Shown: piece after piece, positions 12,571 to 27,200 of the stretch
Layout of the letters: the number at the start of each line of letters is the position of its first letter
Numbering within the stretch: the stretch's first letter is position 1
From: the human T2T-CHM13v2.0 reference genome, Homo sapiens
Assembly (NCBI RefSeq): GCF_009914755.1
Contig: NC_060932.1
DNA: 64,000 bases
Direction: 5' to 3' (one strand)
The notes under the pieces: generated by a model
Databases searched by the model: none
What the model saw: only the letters and a program-made list of their open reading frames with translations
Told to the model about the DNA's origin: nothing
Program-made: the position numbers and the translations under genes

Positions 12571-14215
12571 TTTTTAAAATGGGAAATAATAGGCTTTACT
12601 GTGAGGTTCTATGTTAATCTGTCTAGGAATTGGGCTGTATTTAATGTTTGTTGCAACTGTAGCTTCTAGAGCTCTATGTTTCTCTGTTGTCCTTGTTTCC
12701 TCTGTTGTCACTGGGCTTTCCTGGGAGCTCCTCCTTAGATAGTCTCCATCTTGCAGTTCTTTTAGCTATAGTCACTGTTATTATAATGGAGTCCCGTTGG
12801 CATAATGGTAAGGTCTGAAGGGGGAGAAGCATTGTATAATCTTACGATCAGTGCTCAGTCTTTTAGTGGGCCTGTGACGTTCGTGAGGGTTTCTTAGATT
12901 TTATTTTCTCACTCTTTATTTGACACATAAAAGTTAGATGGGGCTAAAGCCCCCAGGTGGAATACAGCTCTGAAAACATATTTTCCCTGGGAGAACAGGC
13001 TTTTGAAATAAAGAATGCTCTGGGTATACTATTTGATGGTTACTTCTTCTCCCCTCTTGCCTAAGCTAGTCAGGGATCGACTTGGCTCTTTGTAGTGAGA
13101 ACCTGGTGTAATTCCTCAAGGTAAAACCCATAAAACTGTAGGGCTCCCTCTAAGACTGTGCTCTCAACACTTTCTCACTCTGGCTATTGCACACTCAGCC
13201 TGGAGAAAATCACCAAAATGACCATTTACATGTTCCTACTAGTTTATGGCTCCAGCAGCTTCTGCTCTAGGTAGTCAGATCTTGTCCATGAGTCTCTGAA
13301 TTTGCGTTTTTCTCCAGATTTCAAAAGTTAAAGACATACACTTTGAGTATTTGATTTGAATGGACTCACAGTATGAGCTAGATTTTGCATATGTGTCCTT
13401 CTCACATGCAAATCAACCTTGGCTCTAAAACTACACTTGGTTTTCAAGCCTTTTGTTTAGGTTTGTTCTAGGGGTTGTTGCGGGTGGGGGGTGGGCAGCG
13501 GGAACAGAAGGAAGATGAGTTTTGCATGATGCTTTGCATTTAATGAATTCTTCAGAATCTGTTTGATTTCTTGGGCTTATGGTAACAAGTTTTTGTAATT
13601 ACACAGGAGTGCCTGAAAAATCTTATAATTCTTTATACCTGTAATACTTAGTCTATATATGAGATTGGCAGAATAGTAGGAAAGCTATGTTTCTCTTGGT
13701 GTTGTTTCCAATAAGTAGAGTGTTTGGTGGTTTAAAACTCTCCATTTATTCTGCTATTTTCTCCATTTTTCTCATGGGATGGACTTAATCCAGGAACAAG
13801 GTAAATGGCTGAGCTATTACTGATCAAGATGAAAGGAAGAGAACTGCTCCTCTCTGTTCAGGTCAGTACAGGCTCAAGTCCCCTCCCTTGGGCCATGTGG
13901 ATGTGTGTTACAGCTACATTTGTTAAACTGAATGACAGTCCTTAAGGGCAAAGCTATACAATCTGTCACCAACTACCATGGTGCATGGTATATCTTAGAA
14001 TGTAAATCATTCAAAAATACTTTAAAGTCATAAATGATATTTTAATTACAATATGTCAGAAAATAGAGAAAAAGAATAAGCCAATTTATCTCATAATTAA
14101 TTTTCCCCCTTTTATGCATTTCCTTCCTTACTCCTTTTTCCTATGCATATGTTTCATGTAACTGTAGTCACAGAGCAAACATAATTTGTATCCTGCTTTC
14201 TGAACACTGTTCTAT

Positions 14216-14357
14216 TGTTATGAACTGAATTGTGTTCTTCCTTCCCAAATTCATATGCACTAACCTCCAATGTAACTGTATTTGGAGACCAGGTCTTTAA
14301 GGAAAGTAACTAAGGTTAATGAGATCTTAAGGGTGAGATACTAATCCTATAGGACTG

Positions 14358-14358
<1 letters not shown>
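14216..14358 (+). mobile_element. MLT1A-type LTR 5' fragment
   Basis: tgttatgaactgaattgtgt...caaattcatatg...aatgtaactgtatttggaga. Confidence 0.75.

Positions 14359-14389
<31 letters not shown>
14359..14389. repeat. (TG)n microsatellite
   Basis: Direct reading. Confidence 0.95.
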
Positions 14390-14392
<3 letters not shown>

Positions 14393-16044
14393 TTTTTCTT
14401 TTTATTTTTGAGAATGTATGTGTGTTTTGTGGTGGATCATAAGGGGTAGAGGAAGGATTGGTGTGAGATCTATGAGAGTGGTTTGTAGTATTACAGACTT
14501 CTATTCCTCTCCCTTAGACCTCTGTTGGGTGATGGGAAATTAATGGTATCTGTACCTGTGAAACCTAGAGCGCATCCCGCCCCCAATAAGCCAACGTTGC
14601 AGAAGGTACTCTGCTTTCTAGTTTTTATTGCTCCAGGCTCTAGAATTTTGTCTGCAGGGCAACTAATATCTGCATCTACAGCTATATCTAGTTTTTATAC
14701 TTGGGAAATTTTAAAGGAAGCAATGTGATTAAGTTAGATGACTCAAGACACACTATGAAATTAGAACTATAAATATTTTGGTATACAGTTAACATAAGCA
14801 TAAAAATATATATTAACAATGAACAGACTGGGGTTCTGTTTCTTTTCAATTAGGAAACTTTTAACTGTAAATGGCTAAGGAAATAGTTTCTGTTTCAGTT
14901 CTATCTAATTTCTCTTCTTTTGAATTATCAAGATTTTGATAATTCTCATTAATGCGAGGGAAATGATCAATAGCCAATATGTATAATTAATCAAATTTCA
15001 CATCTACTGCCAAGTCTTTGTAATGGACTCCTTCAAGAACACTCTGCATCCACCTAAGGTTACTTGTTTATTACTGTGGGAATTATTCCTTCACAGTTTT
15101 CTTTGACACACTCTGCAATGAGTGTTGCATGATCTATGTGGAGTATCTGTGCTTTGCATTCGTGTATGTATTTGTGTTCTTCTCCCATCCTTTTAATTCA
15201 ATGTCTTTGGCAGAAAGAACAACTTCCTGATGGATATTCAAGCTGGGGAGAAATATGCATGTTTCCTAGACATATTTTGTAGCACCTGTTCACCAACACC
15301 CCATTCTAAAGGATACTGCTTCATCGTGTCCTATGTTTCCTCACCTGCTTCAACTGCAACTGATTGGGAACATCACCAAAGGGAGAGAGTTGGGAAGCAA
15401 AGCCTGGTGTTTTGTTTGCGTAGAGAAATAATGTGTCTTGAAAGTCAAAAGCATGGGTTATTCATTGGATATATTTCTGTGATGAGCTACCGTCTAATAG
15501 GGAAAGGGAAAATGTCCGCCTGGCCTGCAGTCTCAGTACAGTGGAATTTTGACAGCAATTTGCAATTAGGTACGAAGCTTCCTTACCAGTATCTAATATT
15601 GTTTGATAATAATACCCTTAATGATACTCGGATGCTTTTTTTTTTCGACTTATGGCTTTATGAAAACATCATAAAAGGATTTATTGAGACTGACTGAACC
15701 TACATTAAATATATAGTTAACTCAGCATAAAGTGATACAGATATAACCATAAATAATATAATGTTGTTCTATTATTAACACCAATCTCCTGCATGAGAAT
15801 GAAAAAACTCCTCCTCAAGGGAGGCAAAGAAAAGATGTCTGTCCTGGTCCTGTATGTATCCTCCTCTTCTTCTTTGGTTCTACAACATTTGCCTTCTCTT
15901 TTCTAGACCCCATGATATTCTGGGTCCTATGCAGGTCCACCTGGGGATATATGTGTTTTTGTAAATTTGGATTTTGTTTTAAATCACCTCTTGATATGCA
16001 ATTGATCAAATTTCAGACTTAAAGTACAGATATTATTTAAATTG

Positions 16045-16250
16045 CCGCTTTGAAATCAGGCAATCTAGGTTTGCATTTTGGTCTCTGTCATGTACAAACT
16101 CCATGACCTTAGACATGCTTCTTAACCTCAATCTGTTCATTTCTGAAATGGACATAAGAATATTACCAAATGTATAGGATGGTAATGAGGATTAAATAAG
16201 ACAGCCTTGCGTTTACTCTCAGTGTGATCTCGGTAATGTTAGCTCCTTAT
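16045..16250 (+). mobile_element. MIR SINE
   Basis: gctttgaaatcagg...tgaccttagac...tgaggattaaataag. Confidence 0.7.
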
Positions 16251-17180
16251 AGCAATCATGCTCACAGTGGATACCTTTGGACAATGCAGTTGCCGTAAGG
16301 CAACCACTCTGTGCAATGTAGGCTCAGGGACATTCATTTCTTCTCTAGCCACTGTCAAATGCCTACTGCAGCTGCTTATGACTCAGGAGAGCCTTCTCTC
16401 TTTATTGCTTTGCATTCTGTGGCATCTTAGCAGGATAATTGTATTGTTCTTACTTTGGGGAGCAAGAAGACATTTTCCAGGTTAAGTGCAGAATGGGAAA
16501 GACTCCTTTCTCTCTCACCTCTTCCCCATACCCACACAGTTGCTGGCTGATTTGTTTTTTCATGTTGCACCTGGCAAACTCACGTTTGGATGAAGTCGCC
16601 TGGAGAATTTTGTTCCCTTAGTTGCCCCATACAACATTCAGGCTACATTTGTACTGCTCGAACTACTCATTTATAAGATAAAACAGTCAACACTCTTTTC
16701 CACTGAATTAACTGACTTTTACCTACTGTAGGTTTTTTGCAACTAACTGTATCCAGGCAAAATGATGAAGATGATGAGACTTAAGACTGATCCTCTCCCC
16801 GGTTCTTGGAGTTTTTCTGTGTTTTTCTGCATCTTTCCTCCACAGATTCCAATAACTGAGCACCATTAAAATTAGATGCATTTAATTTGGCATGTAATTT
16901 TGAGTTCATCCAAGCCCCTCAAGATGTATCCTATTCTGATGAAGAAGGGAAGCAGAACTGAAGATTCATTTATACCCAGGAGTTAACATGTTTATCTTCT
17001 TCCTTTCTGGGAATAATATCTGCAAGAAACAAAAGGAGATGGCAAGGCTGAAGTAAACCAAGGAAGGAAAGAAATAGGGATGCAGTGAGTGCCTTCTATG
17101 TGGCAAGAAATGCTATGTTTGCGCAGCTGCATGATCTCCTGAGGTAGTAGCTCTCAGGCATTTGATATGCAGGATTGGAC

Positions 17181-17478
<298 letters not shown>

Positions 17479-18399
17479 AAAATTTGACCATTTTACAGGT
17501 GACTCAGACAGATGAAGCAACTTTTCCAAGATAACTCAGCTATTATGTGGCAGAGCTTGGATTTTAGACATCAAGCTTGTGTTTTCAGAGAGACTTGGAA
17601 GCACCTCATATCATAACAGCAGGGCAGCTGTCCATGTACTCAGGCTGGCACCAGAGGCCCCAGGAAGACTTGATCTATGGCCACTTCCATAAGGTGAAGT
17701 CCTATTTTCTGATGGCGGTTATGGGAGGTAAGATTGGAAAGGGTTAACAGATGGTTTGCAGTTCCTTCAAGAACCCTGCTGACTTTTGTACAGTAAAATA
17801 ATAATGTTCCAATTTGGAAGCGAATTTTCTACTGTGACACTAATACAGCCCCAGGCTATCAGAGGATTAGATGAGTACAAAGCTGTATGAGCCATCAGCT
17901 GTGGCACTGGAGGGTGACTCAGCACGCTGGGCGCTGGGAGGATGGCTGTTAATTGGAACTGGAAAGAAGGAGCCCTGGTTTGGCAGATCGGGTTTAAATG
18001 GGTGGATTGTCTGATGGAGACTTTTTCTGTTCTTTTTTGGCTTTGGTTCAATGCATATAGCCAGACTGTCCTGCTGCCAGCTGGACTTTGCTTGAAATGT
18101 GTTTCTTTTCTTTCTTTCCTTGCTTTTTCTTTTTTGTCAGTTTGTAGCTCCAGATTCATAAGAGCTTGGGTTAAGTGAGAAGCAGTGGCAATACAGCCAA
18201 CTTGCATCCTTTGACTCTGAATTCTCTGAGACCCCATTTTACTTTCAAGTTCATTTCCTTCTGCAGTCAGTACTGTCCTGGGCTCCTTCCCTCCTAATCA
18301 TAGAGCCACTGTTGACTGCAAGTTTCTCCTCAGTGCAGCCCAATTTAGTAAATGTTTATTAGGGAGTTAGGGAGATACAAGGAACAGAGGATGTGCTGG

Positions 18400-18540
18400 A
18401 TAAAGACCAGAGTTCTAGTACTGCTCTTACTACTTGGACAAATAACTTGACTGCCCAAAGCCTGAGCTTCTTCCTTTGTAAAATGCAGATTATAAAAATG
18501 ATATTCACCTGGCAGGTTGGTCTTTAACCTATGCATTTGA
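18400..18540 (+). mobile_element. MIR SINE
   Basis: cttggacaaataacttga...tttgtaaaatg core. Confidence 0.6.
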
Positions 18541-18548
18541 GAGGCTAC

Positions 18549-18917
18549 CGTATTAGTCTAATTTCACACTGCTGATAATGACATATCCCAAACTGGGTAA
18601 CTTATACAGAAAAAGTGGTTTAATGGATTCACAGTTCCATGTGGCTTGGGAGATCTCACAATCATGGTAGAATGCGGAAGATGAAAGGCACATCTTACAT
18701 AGTGGCAGACAAAAGAGAATGACAGCCAAGTCAAAGGGGTTTCTCCTTATAAAACCATCAGATCTTGGGAGACTTATTCATTACCACGAGAACAGTATGA
18801 GGGAAACTGCCCCCATGATTCAATTATCTCCCACTGGGTCCCTCCTACAACACGTGGGAATTATGGGAGCTACAATTCAAGATGAGATTTGGGTGGGGAC
18901 ACAGCCAAACCATATCA
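18549..18917 (-). mobile_element. THE1B/C solo LTR (ERVL-MaLR)
   Basis: gtattagtc...ataaaaccatcagatctt...gggacacagccaaaccatatca; TSD gctac/gctcc. Confidence 0.92.
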
Positions 18918-19109
18918 GCTCCTATGAAACCAAGTAGTAAAAACTCAGAGAAACTAATGTCTTCTTACTGTTTATGAAACTCAAGAGCCACACTCTCATG
19001 AAGTTTTTAAAAATTTTTCCTCAGACAGGGTATCTTTCTTCTTTAAGTTCCTTAGTGTGATGAGATCGCTGTGTGTCTACCTCTTATAATCCACATAGTA
19101 TAGACAGTA

Positions 19110-19290
19110 GAGACTGGAGGGCAGGCTTTGGAGATCGACTAGGCAGTGTGACCTTGGGGAAAGTTACTTTGTCTTCCTGAGACTCAATGGCTCAAACTCT
19201 AAAATTCATACCTGTCCTGCAGGGTTACTGCAAGGAGGAGAGGCCATAATGCTTTTACAGTGCCTTGTACAGAGCCTTGAGCATAGAAGG
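19110..19290 (+). mobile_element. MIR SINE
   Basis: gtgtgaccttggggaaagttactt core. Confidence 0.65.
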
Positions 19291-19439
19291 GGCCATAAGA
19301 CCTTTCTGTTTCTTCCACCCCCTTATTTTTATTCTCCTTATCCCATTTCTCTTAACTAAGTCCAGAAAGAAGAGTTTGCAAAATGCTCTTTGAAAAGGGG
19401 TAGGAATTGATTGTTTACTCTTCTCAGGTTTTCTAAATT

Positions 19440-19718
19440 TTTATTTTATTTTTAATTAACTTTTAAATTTACAATAGACATATAATAATGGTGAATATTT
19501 ATGGAGTACAATGTGATATTTCAACGCATGTATACATTGTATAATGATCAGATCAGAGTCATCACTATAGCCATCATGTTAAGCATTCGTCATTTCTTTG
19601 TAGCGATAACATTCAACATCTTCTCTTCTAGCTATCTTAAAATATATATCATTTTGTTATTTGCTACAGCCATCCTACTGTGTAATAGAACTCCAGAACT
19701 TATTTTTTCTGTCTAACT
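19440..19718 (-). mobile_element. L1MA 3' end
   Basis: tatttatggagtacaatgtgatatttc...tataatgatcagatcag...aatagaactccagaacttatt. Confidence 0.85.
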
Positions 19719-19931
19719 TTTTCCCATAGTTCACAAAGTTAGGTGATACTTATAAGACTTCCAACAAACAACAGTCCTCTCTACTCCTGATTTCTAGTCC
19801 CCACATCAGTTCTAGTAACTCTTTTCTTTAAATGATGGTTAACTCTAGCAATAGATGCAGACAAAATCTATTGACTTCCTGCAGTGAAGATGTGAATTCA
19901 TCCCTATTTCATCTCCTTCCCCATATACCCC

Positions 19932-20735
19932 TGTATTAGTTTCCTGTGGCTGCTGTAACACGTGACCACAAACCTGGTGGCTTGAACAACAGAAATTTAT
20001 CCTTACATAGTTCTGGAGGCCAGAAGTCCAAAATCAGTATCACTGGGCCAAAATCAAGGTGTTGACAGGGCTGCACTCCCTCTGGAGGCTCTAGGGCAGA
20101 ATCCTTCTTTGCCTCTGCCAATTACTAGGGGCTGCCAGCATTCCTTGGCTCGTGGCCATATCACTTTGCTCACTGACCCTGTCTTCACATTGCTATGCCT
20201 CTTTTGTGTGTCTGTCTAATCTCTCTCTCCCTCCCTTTTAAACAATTCATTCAATTGCATTTAAGCCTTATTTAATAATGCGGGATAACCTCCTCATCTC
20301 AAAATCCTTAATCACATCTGCAAAGATGTCGTCCCCACCCCCCTTTTTTTCTTTTATTTTTTTTATGGAGTCTCCTTCTGTTGCCCAGGCTGGAGTGCAG
20401 TGGCGTGATCTCAGCTTAATGCAACCTCCACTTCCCAGGTTCTAGCAATTCTCCTGCCTCAGCCTCCCGAGTAGCTGGGATTACAGGTGCCCGTCTCCAT
20501 GCCTGGCTATTTTTTTTTTTGTATTTTTAGTAGAGATGGGGTTTTTCCATGTTGGCCAGGCTGGTCTTGAACTCCTGACCTCAGGCAACGCAACTGCCTC
20601 AGCCTCCCAAAGTGCTGGGATTACAGGCATGAGCCACAGCACCTGGCCCTTTCATTTTTTTCAAATAAGGTAATATTTACAGGCTACGGTGTTTAGGACC
20701 TGATATCTTTGGGAGACATTATTCAGCCTTCTATG
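19932..20735 (-). mobile_element. MLT1C/D solo LTR, interrupted by Alu
   Basis: tgtattagtttcctgtggctgctgtaaca...gttctggaggccagaagtccaaaatca. Confidence 0.88.
20344..20648 (-). mobile_element. Alu (AluSx-like)
   Basis: Full antisense Alu dimer. Confidence 0.95.
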
Positions 20736-21367
20736 CATCCTTTATTTATTATGGATTGATTAGATACTTTTATTCAACTAATATTAGTGTTGGCATTCTT
20801 ATGATTCTGTAAATATTGTTCACAGTTGAATGGTGTAGTATACTGTAAATACGTGTTTTCTTTGAAATAAATAATTTTTAAAATTAGCTTTCCAGGTGCC
20901 CTTCACTACATCAGTGTCAATCTTCCCAATAGAATCACTAAACTCCTCTCAATATGTTTATCATAGCCTCTATCACTCTCCCAGTTTTAAATTAGATATT
21001 ATCTTTCCAGAGCCTCTTCCCACCTGCTCCAGTCTGGACTGGCTACTCTAGTCCTGGAGCTCAGCTGTCAGCCCCAAACTTCTCTCTGCCCTCATCCTAG
21101 CTTTCCTTCATTCCGTGACCTTATTAAAGCATCTTTCTTGGATTCAGTGTCTCTTTTCTTCATGGTTTTCTCCTGGTGTTGGTAGAGTAAATCATGCAGT
21201 GGCTCTGTGTGCATGAGCGATAACACTTTGGAAACCCTTTTTCACTGAAAATGTATTTAAGCATTTTCTTTGATTGGCAGTTTAAGTATAGACTCAGGAT
21301 TGTACCAAACAAATCCCAGAATTCTCAGAAGACTTGTCCCCTGGTATCGCTTCTGGTACCAAGTACT

Positions 21368-21940
21368 CTATCAGCCAGAGTTCAGTCATAAAACAGAAAC
21401 CACATCACTTATTTTCAGAAGATTAATTTAATATAAGGAAGGTTAAACGGGTGTTAAAGAACTGAGGAAATGAAGATGGGATACTGAGATAACACAAAGC
21501 TAGTAACTAGAGGAAGCCATCAGCACACCTATGGCAACAAAAGGAAGGCTTGGGAAAATCAGAACCCAAGAGTTTGAAGAAGGAGCCTCTTGAAGCTGAG
21601 ATACAGAACTTTGAGGAAGAAGTGAGGCCAACCAGCACTGAGACCCCTGAAGGGTAGCATGAGGTTGGGTTTGGAATTCCAGAAAAGTAAAATACCCAAA
21701 AGCTGGAGATCGATCAAGTGCCACAGCCAGGGGAAGGGCTATGACAGAGGTGATGCTGATAGGGATAAAAGAAAACAGGAAAGAGCCTGTCCTTGTTCTC
21801 CATCCAGGTTGCCAATCTCCGTCTATACCACCTGTTAACGACTGTACCAGGAAGCCATTGTGCAAGGGAGAAATGCAGCTGGGAGAGTCCCTGCTGTGGG
21901 TGGGACGGGGCTGAGGGACAATAGCTTAGTAACTGGCACA
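21368..21940 (-). mobile_element. Ancient LTR (LTR78-like)
   Basis: cagaaaccacatcacttatttt...atttaatataaggaa...agtaactagaggaagcc. Confidence 0.5.
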
Positions 21941-21968
21941 ATCTCCTTCCAGTTCCTGGTGTTTCTAG

Positions 21969-22459
<491 letters not shown>

Positions 22460-22612
22460 TCTTTGTTTCTCTTTTTCAGGAGTCCTACTACCTATCTCTT
22501 TTACCTCTTGGATTGATTGTATAATTTTCTTATATTTTTGCCTTTGATTTCTTATCTCCTTTTCTTCTTGTTATATATTATTGGGAGATTTTTAAAAACC
22601 TTTCTATTCTAA

Positions 22613-23223
<611 letters not shown>

Positions 23224-23992
23224 TAAAATTTTCTTTTTCTTCTACATTTCTCTAAGACTTTCCTCAAGTCCTAGATACCCACAAGTCATCCTTTTAAAGG
23301 TTGAAGTACTCACAGGTTGAACGGAATAGCTGTGTTGAGGAGGGGTTCCTTGATTTCTGGGTGCCACTATAGGATGCTCAGGTAGGAATCGGGATCATTT
23401 GTTGGAGATGAAACTTCAACATCTATAGGTGTTTTATTCCCCCTGCTTGGGCCTATCTGAGAGAGGAGCTCTTTAGTTTCCAGGCTGGGAGCTGTAAACC
23501 TGACTGCCACTTTCCTAAGAGTTCTCTAAGGCGATGAAGAGGTGCGAAGCCCACCATTCATTATAAGGACTTACCTAGTGCCCCTGTGTTCAGTGCAGTG
23601 TCTCTCTCCTGCTCATAGCTGTGCCTACTATTCCTGTTTCCAGAGCTTCCTTGTCTAACTTGTTCAGAGACTAAATCTCCCATCTTCTGCCAGGCTAAGA
23701 GATGGCAACATTTGGGCTGTGCAGGCTGATGGTGAAGATCTGGAGGTTTACCTGCTTCTTGCACAGGTTTCCAACCAGTTTTTGTCTTTCTCCTCCCTCT
23801 GGGCTCTCACTCTGGCCTTCAGCAGTTCCTGCTGCTACCACCTGCTGAGGCTCTCTGAGGATCCTTCTCCTCCAGGCAGGAAACATGAGAGCATGTCTCT
23901 TTCACACCACCCCTAATGCCCACTGAGTCCTGAAAAACCATAAAGTGCAGCAACAACGTGACATAGCCCTAACATAGCCCTATTTCAGTTAG

Positions 23993-24403
<411 letters not shown>

Positions 24404-24869
24404 TGAACTCCACTGAATACACTCAGGGGAACAGGGTGTTGGCAGGTCCCTGACCAATTGTGTGCTACCTACCAAGTCTTTTCTGCCTTACTTTAAGGAC
24501 CCAGAAGATCCTCCCCTCTTCCACAAAGCCTTCCCGAGCATCCCCATTCACGCATCCATGTTTCTTTCTAGTTCTTACTATCCATGATCACCAGCCCTGG
24601 GCTTGCCTGGGGCATCTTCTCTCTTTGCTGTCTAGTGTTACTTATTTATCTGTTTAGACACTTACCTCTTTTGATCCCCAGGGATGATGGGTACTTTAAG
24701 GATGGTGGTTCTTGAGTTGCACTTGTTAATATCCCTTGTTCTGTGCAAAGTGTCTTCACACTTACACACACACTCACACACTTATGCACTCACACAAATG
24801 CCCTCATTACCTTAAAACAGCAGGCATTTGACTATAAATAATCACCGATGGAGATATTAACATCACATG

Positions 24870-25020
24870 AATTTAGTTATTCATACTTCGTAAGAACCTT
24901 CGCACACTATGTCACTGAAATTTTACAACCAGCTGGGAGGAAGATGTGTTGCACCTTTCTCAAAAGCTGAGAATACAGAGGCTCAGAGAAGTGAGATGAC
25001 ATGCAAGACTCACAGCCAGA
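24870..25020 (-). mobile_element. MIR SINE
   Basis: acagaggctcagagaagtgagatgac core. Confidence 0.6.
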
Positions 25021-25964
25021 TCTTTGGATAGACAAATATTCTTTCCCACAAATGATCACTGACCCCTTCACCAAAGGGAGGGCTGGCGGGGCACTCCCTC
25101 TGACCCACGTTGCAAAGGGAGAAGGCAGCCCTAGCAGTGAGCTGAGAGAATAAGGTGAGCTGTGATAAAACCAGCCTTGCAGAGCCCAGGTGTCACATCT
25201 CCCAGGCTGCTTGAATCACACTTCCTCTCAGACGAATGTGGGATTGTTTTGTCATAAAAACACAAGTACAGTCATAAAACATGTCTTTGTGGGGGGAAAA
25301 AAGTTCCCAGGCCTAGGAATGTGTATGTGTATATGTGAGACAAGCTAAGACAGGTGTCCCTCTTCCCTGACCCCAGCCCAGGGCCAGGTGTGATCTCATG
25401 CTAACCTACAACACGAGGGAAGCCTTGAAAGGCCACGGGCATCTGATACCCTCCATATCAGGCTTCCAACAGTTTTCCAAAAAGCTTTGCATTCCCCTGG
25501 GTCAAGAGCTCTCTCTATTTTTTTTTTCCTCAAAAAACATGTGTATTTCAGCAGAAATTTAATCCCTGGGGCTCCAAGTCCTTCACACTTACATCAGTTA
25601 AAATGGCATTTCTGCAGAGACATGTGATCCTGCAGAAGCCTCCAGGGACTGTGCTCAGCTTGGCATCCTTCTCATTTCTTGACCTGAAAACAAAACAAAA
25701 CAAAAGAGGAAGTCACGTTTCATTTTCAAAATGATCTTGACAAAGTCTTTCCTTCAAGTTGGCCTGGATGGAATTGCCTCTCTTGCAGATCCTTTTGCAA
25801 CATTGTCCTATTGCTTTGTGTGATGGAAGCAGCTGCCAGGCTCAGACCATGCTCCTGAGCTCGAGCTGCTGGGCTCCTTGAGAGAGCTGCCTTGAGAGAT
25901 GCTGGGCCTTGCATGAGAATCAGACAAGTTTTCTTTATGGAGGGACCCTAATGTTGATCTTCCA

Positions 25965-26275
25965 ATTACCTCCTCCCTCTTTTGTAGATGAGGAAACTGA
26001 TACCCAGAGAGAGGAAATGCCTTTCTACAATCACACAGATAATGAGTAGAGATTCCCATTGTTTGAAGACCTAAACTGCCAGACATAGTGCTAAATGTTC
26101 TACAGGTATTATCTTATTTACCTATTCAGTAATTCATGAACAAGTCATTATTACCCCCATTTGACTACAGGGGAAATTGAGGCCTTCAGGGATTAGGCAC
26201 CTTGTGTAAGGTCAGACAGCTTCTGGGGCAGAATGGAGATTAGAGTTCAAGTATCTGATACTGATGTTCATGATC
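25965..26275 (-). mobile_element. Two adjacent MIR fragments
   Basis: gtagatgaggaaactga; cccccattt...ggggaaattgagg...aaggtcagacagct. Confidence 0.75.
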
Positions 26276-26396
26276 TTACCCAAGTGTACTACAGGGCTCC
26301 CATAGGGCATGGAGAGTGGTCTGGAGCAAGGACCCAGGGCTCCTGATGCCTGTCCCATGATATCTTTTATGATTTTGACTTTGAGAATATTTTATA

Positions 26397-26697
26397 GGCT
26401 GGGTGTGGTGGCTCACACCTGTAATCCCAGCAATTTGGGAGGCTGAAATGGGCCAGTCGCTTGAGTCCAGAAGTTCAAGACCAGCCTGGGCAATATGGTA
26501 AAGCCCTGTCTCTATAAAAAATAAAAAAGTTAGCTGGGTGTGGTGGTGAACACCTGTAGTCCCAGCTACTAGGGAGGCTGAGGATGGAGGATCAATTGAG
26601 CCCAGGAGGTTGAGGCTGGAGTGAGCCGTGATTCTACCACTGCACTCCAGCTGCAGTGACAAAACGAGACCCTGTCTCAAATTTTTTTTTTAAAAAA
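26397..26697 (+). mobile_element. AluJ
   Basis: AluJ diagnostics (gagcccaggaggttgaggctg); TSD agaatattttata. Confidence 0.95.
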
Positions 26698-27049
26698 GAA
26701 TATTTTATATAATTGCTCAACTTCAGTATGTATGTCTAGCACTTAAAAACTTAAATCTATTTTTGCCTAAGTTTGATATTCTGAGAACTAATACCAGGTG
26801 ATATTGTTGCCTTAGGTTTTTATTCTACCCCCACGTTAGCCCCTCCATCACACCTCTTCTTTGTCGTTCATGTATTGGTGGCACCCAGTTCCCTCTTCTT
26901 TTTAGGAGCAATTTTCAAGAAAGGATCTAATATTGGTGATTTATAACTCAGTGTGAACTTAAACCCATCAGGACCTCTGGTAAGGGTATTGTCTTATCTC
27001 TGATGATGAAATGAAGAGACTTCAAGGAAGAGGGAAAGGCAAGGAAATT

Positions 27050-27200
27050 ACATTCAATACTGGCAGCTACTTCATGTCAGATCCTGCCCTAAATTCTGCT
27101 CGTAAAACTCTTCCTTTCTCTTACCCCACCTTTTTGCGGATAAGGAAACCGAAGCTTAGGGTGGTTAAGTAACTTGCCTCAGGTCATCATGCAGTGACTT
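27050..27200 (-). mobile_element. MIR SINE
   Basis: ggataaggaaaccgaagcttagggtggttaagtaacttgcctcaggtca. Confidence 0.75.

Larger units (their letters stand above)
10950..13325 (-). mobile_element. Old L1M (L1MC/L1MD-type) ORF1 and 5' region, interrupted by younger L1 pieces
   Basis: ccacttttgaaagataattttgctggacatagaatgctaggttgg and other L1M ORF1 antisense motifs. Confidence 0.7.

Noticed and set aside
15230-15697. 155-aa ORF as a gene
   Set aside because: No recognisable domain or coding bias; only the internal splice-bounded part is kept as a weak candidate
17767-18237. 156-aa minus-strand ORF
   Set aside because: No homology recognised; partly the antisense of a pyrimidine tract
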